Notes under the pieces: generated by a model
Told to the model about the DNA's origin: nothing
The model's input: the letters and a program-made list of their open reading frames with translations, nothing else
Database searches by the model: none
Position numbers and translations under genes: made by a program
Part shown: piece after piece, positions 56,565 through 61,482 of the stretch
Numbering within the stretch: the first letter of the stretch is position 1
Layout: every line of letters begins with the position of its first letter
IMG/VR virus record: IMGVR_UViG_3300032288_001094
Location: 1-61,482 of that record
Length of the DNA: 61,482 nucleotides
Reading direction: 5' to 3' (one strand)
DNA from: a virus
Taxonomy: Duplodnaviria > Caudoviricetes

Positions 56565-56929
56565 TGGACGAAACCAAGCCTGCTGAAACGGCCAAAGAAG
56601 TTGCCGGTAAAAGCATCGGCAGGTTTGGTCTGTTCTACATCACCCTGATCGTCCTGATCGGGGTGGGCTCCTCCTACTTCCTGTCTGACTCGGCCATCAC
56701 GGCGGTGATGACGATGATCGGTGGCGCACTGGTTGCCCTCATCAACATGATGAACGGTATCGCCGGTACTGCTGAGAAGCAGGAGAAGCCCGAGTTCAAG
56801 GTCATCCAGACCCTGATCGACAAGTTGGATCGCCTGGACAAGCCCGAGCAGCCCATGAAGGTGACTGTGCAGGGCGACAAGGTGACGGTCAGCAAGGGTG
56901 ACGATGTGGTCACCGCCACGAGGGAGTAG
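56561..56929 (+). CDS. Two-TM membrane protein, holin candidate
   Basis: Two hydrophobic helices; upstream of the endolysin. Confidence 0.5.
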   Translation: MMDETKPAETAKEVAGKSIGRFGLFYITLIVLIGVGSSYFLSDSAITAVMTMIGGALVALINMMNGIAGTAEKQEKPEFKVIQTLIDKLDRLDKPEQPMKVTVQGDKVTVSKGDDVVTATRE

Positions 56930-56931
56930 TC

Positions 56932-57207
56932 ATGGCATGGTCAGACGTACTCAAGGCAGTCATTCCCATCGTGGTGGCTGCGCTTGCTTGGCTACTTGGA
57001 CAGGTTGCATCCTTCTCGGAGCGTCTGACCAAGATCGAAGGCTCAATGCCTGCGCTCATCACCAAGGAAGGTGTGCCGACTGACAGCCCCATCAGCGCAG
57101 AGCGCAGGCAGATTCAGAAAGAGCAACTGATGGCCCATATCAATGAGTTGCAGGTCAAGGTCAGGCTGCTTGAGGAGCGTGAGCGTATTGCCAGGGGGAA
57201 CAAGTAA
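56932..57207 (+). CDS. Single-TM coiled-coil protein, lysis module
   Basis: N-terminal TM helix. Confidence 0.55.
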   Translation: MAWSDVLKAVIPIVVAALAWLLGQVASFSERLTKIEGSMPALITKEGVPTDSPISAERRQIQKEQLMAHINELQVKVRLLEERERIARGNK

Positions 57208-57689
57208 TGTTTGAAATCCTGAGTGGTGGCCTACTGGGTAGCATCTTTGGTGGCCTGTTCCGGCTTGCCCCGGAAGTCCTGAAGTTCATGGACAAGGGCA
57301 ATGAGCGCAAGCATGAACTGGCGATGTTCACGCTCCAGACCGATCTGGAGAAGATGCGGGGCCAGTTCAAGATGGAAGAGAAGTACGTTGACTACAGCGT
57401 CAACCAACTCGATGCCATCAAAGAAGCCTTCAAAGAGCAAGCCACGACTGCCAAAGAAGCCGGATGGTTTGTGGCGGCAGTCTCTGCCCTTGTCCGCCCC
57501 GGCATCACCTGGGCGCTGTTCTTCATGTACGCCACGGTCAAGGCGGCTGCAATCTACATGGCGTTCCAGTCTGGTGGGCACTGGTCTGAGGTGATGACTC
57601 GGGTGTGGGATGCTGATGACTTTGCCATGCTCAACATGTGCCTGACGTTCTGGTTTGTTGGAAGAAGCATTGAGAAGTACCAGAAGTGA
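57207..57689 (+). CDS. Holin-like membrane protein
   Basis: ALVRPGITW...FWFVGRSIEK pattern; directly before the endolysin. Confidence 0.6.
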   Translation: MFEILSGGLLGSIFGGLFRLAPEVLKFMDKGNERKHELAMFTLQTDLEKMRGQFKMEEKYVDYSVNQLDAIKEAFKEQATTAKEAGWFVAAVSALVRPGITWALFFMYATVKAAAIYMAFQSGGHWSEVMTRVWDADDFAMLNMCLTFWFVGRSIEKYQK

Positions 57690-58156
57690 CCACGGAAGCC
57701 ATCAAACTGGCGGGCGACATTCTGGTCAAGCCCTTTGAGGGTTATGCCAAGCGCCTTCCAAACGGTGACTGCACCGCCTACCCTGATCCGGGTACGAACG
57801 GTGATCCTTGGACTATCGGGTGGGGCTGTACTGGCCCCGGCATCCAACCCGGCACGATCTGGACGGTGGAAACTGCCCAGGCAGAACTCGATAAGCACCT
57901 GCTGCACTTCTGTGCGGGGGTGCTGAAACTATCTCCCAAACTCCTGAAAGAACCCCCTCGACGGCTTGCCGCAATCATCAGTTTCGCGTATAACTGCGGG
58001 CTAGGAAACTACCGCATTTCCACGCTGAAAAAGCGGGTAGACGCTCAGGATTGGGCGGGTGCGTGCGAAGAGATCGTCAAGTGGAACAAGGCCGCAGGCC
58101 GCGTGCTGAAGGGGTTAACCCGTAGACGCGAAGCCGAAGCCGCACTCTTGAGATAA
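57686..58156 (+). CDS. Endolysin, GH24 phage lysozyme
   Basis: FEG...AYPDP...WTIGWG, SFAYNCG, GLTRRREAE. Confidence 0.9.
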   Translation: MTTEAIKLAGDILVKPFEGYAKRLPNGDCTAYPDPGTNGDPWTIGWGCTGPGIQPGTIWTVETAQAELDKHLLHFCAGVLKLSPKLLKEPPRRLAAIISFAYNCGLGNYRISTLKKRVDAQDWAGACEEIVKWNKAAGRVLKGLTRRREAEAALLR

Positions 58157-58158
58157 CC

Positions 58159-60024
58159 ATGCCCTTACAGAAAATCCTGTTCAAGCCCGGAGTCAACCGC
58201 GAGAACACGCGGTACACGACCGAGGGTGGATGGTACGAGTGCGACAAAGTTCGCTTCCGTCAAGGCAACCCCGAAGTCATCGGCGGGTGGCAGCGCATTT
58301 CTGCAAACACGTTCTTGGGCGTCTGCCGTTCACTGTGGAACTGGGTAACGCTCGGTAACTTGAACTTGATCGGTGTTGGCACCAACCTAAAGTTCTACAT
58401 CGAAAGCGGCGGCATATACAACGACATAACCCCTATCCGTTCGACGGTCACCATTAACAACAACCCGTTTGCGCTGACTGCATCGACTACGGTGACAGTG
58501 ACGGACACGGCACACGGCTGCGTCACAGGGGACTTTGTTACCTTCAGCGGCGCTACGGATATTGGCGGTGTGGGCACCAACGTGACCGCAGCAGTGCTCA
58601 ATCGGGAATTTCAGGTCACAGTCCTGACGCCCGACACCTACACCATCACTATCTCTGTCACGCCGAACGCCACGGCTATTGCAGGCTCTCCGGGTGGCGG
58701 TGCGGCAGTTGTTGCCGCGTATCAGATCAACGTCGGCCCTGCGTTTGCTATCCCCCTGACCGGTTGGGGCGCAGGCGCTTGGAGTGCAGGTGCGTGGGGT
58801 GTTGGTGGGACATCCAACACGGCTATTCGGCTGTGGAGCCAGGGTAACTGGGGCGAAGACTTGGTTTTCGCTCCGCGTGGGGGCAGCATCTACTACTGGG
58901 ATGCCACTACTGGCGTGACTACCCGTGGCTTTGACCTAGCCACCGCCGTTGGCGCGTCCGATGTGCCCACAGTGCAAAACGAAATCTTCATCTCCGACAT
59001 CAACCGCTTCCTGTTTGCGTTGGGCTGCAACGACTACGGTTCGTCAACGCTTGACCCCATGCTGATCCGTTGGTCAGATCAAGAAGACGCATACAACTGG
59101 ACACCTGCGGCCACCAATCAAGCGGGTAGCTTGCGTCTATCTCACGGCTCAGAGATTGTTACGGCGGTGCAAGCGCGTCAGGAAATCGTGGTGTTTACAG
59201 ACTCTGCGCTGTATTCGCTTCAGTATCTGGATGCACCGATCTTCTGGGGTGCTCAACTTCTTGGCGACAACATCTCCATCGTCGGCCCCAACGCTGCTGT
59301 AATTGCCTCGGGCGTGATCTACTGGATGGGGGTGGATAAGTTCTACGCTTACGATGGCCGCGTGCAGACGCTCAACTGCGACCTGCGGCGCTACGTGTTT
59401 CAGGACTTTAACCAAGCACAGTCGGTCCAGGTCTTTGCCGGTACGAACGAAGGCTTCAACGAAGTTTGGTGGTTCTACTGCTCTGCCAACTCCACCGCCG
59501 TAGACAAGTACGTTATCTACAACTACCTTGAGAACATCTGGTACTACGGCACGATGGGCCGCACTGCTTGGCTTGATTCAGGTCTTCGCGACTACCCGAT
59601 GGCGGCCACCTACAGTCAGAACCTCGTCAATCACGAGCAAGGACTGGACAACAACGAGACGGGCACTGCCACCGCCATCAACGCATACATATCGTCGTCT
59701 GAGTTCGACATTGGCGACGGGCACAACTTCGGGTTTGTCTGGCGCATACTGCCTGACCTGACGTTTGAGAATTCGACGGCCAACACGCCCACCGTCAACA
59801 TGACGCTCTATGGGCTGTACAACTCAGGCTCAGGCAGCATCGACAACGCAGGGCAAGCGGTCGTCAAGGGCTCGACGTACGCCATCACCGAAGAGTTTAC
59901 CGGGCAGATTTATACCCGTGTGCGTGGGCGGCAGATGATCTTCAAGATCGACTCCAACCAACTGGGTACGACGTGGCAGCTTGGTGCGCCTCGCATCGAC
60001 ATTAGGCCGGATGGACGCAGATGA
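58159..60024 (+). CDS. Putative tail nozzle/stabilisation protein (P22 gp10 / T7 gp12-like)
   Basis: 621 aa, beta-propeller-like; IRWSDQE, EVWWFY. Confidence 0.6.
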   Translation: MPLQKILFKPGVNRENTRYTTEGGWYECDKVRFRQGNPEVIGGWQRISANTFLGVCRSLWNWVTLGNLNLIGVGTNLKFYIESGGIYNDITPIRSTVTINNNPFALTASTTVTVTDTAHGCVTGDFVTFSGATDIGGVGTNVTAAVLNREFQVTVLTPDTYTITISVTPNATAIAGSPGGGAAVVAAYQINVGPAFAIPLTGWGAGAWSAGAWGVGGTSNTAIRLWSQGNWGEDLVFAPRGGSIYYWDATTGVTTRGFDLATAVGASDVPTVQNEIFISDINRFLFALGCNDYGSSTLDPMLIRWSDQEDAYNWTPAATNQAGSLRLSHGSEIVTAVQARQEIVVFTDSALYSLQYLDAPIFWGAQLLGDNISIVGPNAAVIASGVIYWMGVDKFYAYDGRVQTLNCDLRRYVFQDFNQAQSVQVFAGTNEGFNEVWWFYCSANSTAVDKYVIYNYLENIWYYGTMGRTAWLDSGLRDYPMAATYSQNLVNHEQGLDNNETGTATAINAYISSSEFDIGDGHNFGFVWRILPDLTFENSTANTPTVNMTLYGLYNSGSGSIDNAGQAVVKGSTYAITEEFTGQIYTRVRGRQMIFKIDSNQLGTTWQLGAPRIDIRPDGRR

Positions 60025-61397
60025 GTTTCCTTATCGAGAATGTCACCGTCCCGGCACCGCCCAATCTGCCTCTGGCTCCACGGGACTACGAGTCGCGTTA
60101 TCACGAGCAGTTCAACAACGTCCTGCGCCTGTACTTCAACCGACTCGACGCACTGCTGAGGGGCCTCGTGACTACCACCACACCCATCCCAATCTCCATC
60201 GGCGGCACCAACACGGATGCCTTTGGGCGGCTGCGGGTCAGTCAGCCCTACACGCTCTTTGATTCTCAGCAACGCTACGCTGCGGACAACCAGTTTGATA
60301 CGAGCACGGTCAACGGCGCATCCACCACGTTCCTGACCAACGAATCCACGGTGCAGATGTCGGTGGCCGCAACCACCAACTCCGAAGCAGTGCGGCAGAC
60401 GTTCCGCTCCATGTCCTACCAACCGGGCAAGGGGCTGTTGGTGCTTGCCACCTTTGCCATGAACACGCTCACGGCCAACATCCGGCAGCGTGTGGGGTAC
60501 TTCAACACCCAGAACGGCGTGTTCTTCCAGGCTAACGGCACAACGCTGTCGATGGTCATGCGCTCTGATTCTCTGCCCACGCCGGGAACGCCGAGCGACA
60601 TCCGCACCGTCAACCAAGCCGACTGGAACGGCGACAAGTTGGACGGCACCGGGGCATCAGGCTACACGCTTGATCCGAGCAAGACGCAGATTTTCTGGTG
60701 CGACTTTGAGTGGTTGGGTGTGGGCTCGGTGCGTACCGGGTTTGTGATCAACGGGCAGTACATCGTCTGCCACACGTTCAACAACGCCAACGAGATTGGC
60801 TCGGTCTACATGACCACGGCCATCCTGCCGGTGCGCTACGAGATCACGAACCTGTCCAACGCCACCACCGCGAGCATGAAGCAGATTTGCTCGACGGTCA
60901 TTTCTGAGGGCGGCTACGAGCAGTATTCTCCAAGCCACTTGGCGCGGCGCACGACCAAACTCGCCACTATTGGTTTGACGTTTTTGCCGGTTGTGTCGAT
61001 CCGTCTGGCCCCCACGGCGCTTGGCGCAGTGGTGCTTCCTGGCCGGATGCAGTTGCTTCCCATCACGGGTCAAAACTACGAAGTCGGGCTGTTCTTCAAC
61101 GCAACGCTGACTGGCGCTTCTTGGTCGGCTGTCCCAACGGACTCCAACGTGCAGATGGATACCTCTGCCACGGCCATGACAGGCGGCACCTTGGTGCAGA
61201 CAGACTATGTGTCCTCAAGCGGCTCTGGCGGTACTCAGCCTCTGGTTGACCCCGCCGGTTACAACTGGGCTTTGCAGTTGGGCGTGTCTCTGGCCGGGGC
61301 CAGTGATGTCTTGACGCTTGCCATCCGCACGGTGGATTCTGCAACCCCGTCAGGCGACTGCTACGGCACTATCGCTTTCTGGGACTTGACCCAATAA
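60021..61397 (+). CDS. Virion-associated protein
   Basis: 458 aa; LRLYFN, DAFGRLRVS, DFEWLGVG motifs. Confidence 0.65.
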   Translation: MSFLIENVTVPAPPNLPLAPRDYESRYHEQFNNVLRLYFNRLDALLRGLVTTTTPIPISIGGTNTDAFGRLRVSQPYTLFDSQQRYAADNQFDTSTVNGASTTFLTNESTVQMSVAATTNSEAVRQTFRSMSYQPGKGLLVLATFAMNTLTANIRQRVGYFNTQNGVFFQANGTTLSMVMRSDSLPTPGTPSDIRTVNQADWNGDKLDGTGASGYTLDPSKTQIFWCDFEWLGVGSVRTGFVINGQYIVCHTFNNANEIGSVYMTTAILPVRYEITNLSNATTASMKQICSTVISEGGYEQYSPSHLARRTTKLATIGLTFLPVVSIRLAPTALGAVVLPGRMQLLPITGQNYEVGLFFNATLTGASWSAVPTDSNVQMDTSATAMTGGTLVQTDYVSSSGSGGTQPLVDPAGYNWALQLGVSLAGASDVLTLAIRTVDSATPSGDCYGTIAFWDLTQ

Positions 61398-61482
61398 AAT
61401 GACCTCAACCTTTTTCTCGGGGGCCGTATGAGCCTTGTTGCACTAGCCAACCACATCGCAAGCAAGGGTCGGGACGACGACA
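61360..61482. repeat. Terminal direct repeat, right copy
   Basis: Identical to 1-123. Confidence 0.95.

Noticed and set aside
1-61482. tRNA genes, introns/inteins, alternative genetic code
   Set aside because: No cloverleaf with a T-loop consensus noticed; terminase, polymerase and helicase are uninterrupted; genes are full length in the standard code

Overview
The window is an apparently complete, circularly permuted ~61.36 kb tailed dsDNA phage genome (bases 1-123 are repeated exactly at 61360-61482). It has two arms. The + strand late arm (36955 through the junction to 15239) carries small and large terminase, portal, a GroES-like co-chaperonin, scaffold, major capsid, small basic virion proteins, podovirus-like tail parts, a repeat-rich fibre, lysis genes, three putative ejection proteins and a 3039-aa polyvalent protein. 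The - strand early/replication arm (36475 to 15100) carries DUF932, an M20/M28 peptidase, a DGQHR/ParB-like protein, HTH proteins, VRR-NUC, a Leu762-type family A DNA polymerase, a Cas4-like nuclease, HNH, an SNF2 helicase, a putative SSB and a primase-DUF927 helicase. I saw no integrase, reverse transcriptase, CRISPR array or tRNA. The most interesting signals: two compact intergenic elements that fold into multiply pseudoknotted RNAs (25499-25648 and 45272-45340), two separate families of 16-bp palindromic sites in the early arm, a ~105-bp-arm inverted repeat (candidate origin), a hydrophobic-x-x-Gly-Gly motif shared by several virion proteins, and a prion-like GGFNPYM-repeat protein. All family assignments come from motif recognition by eye, not database searches.
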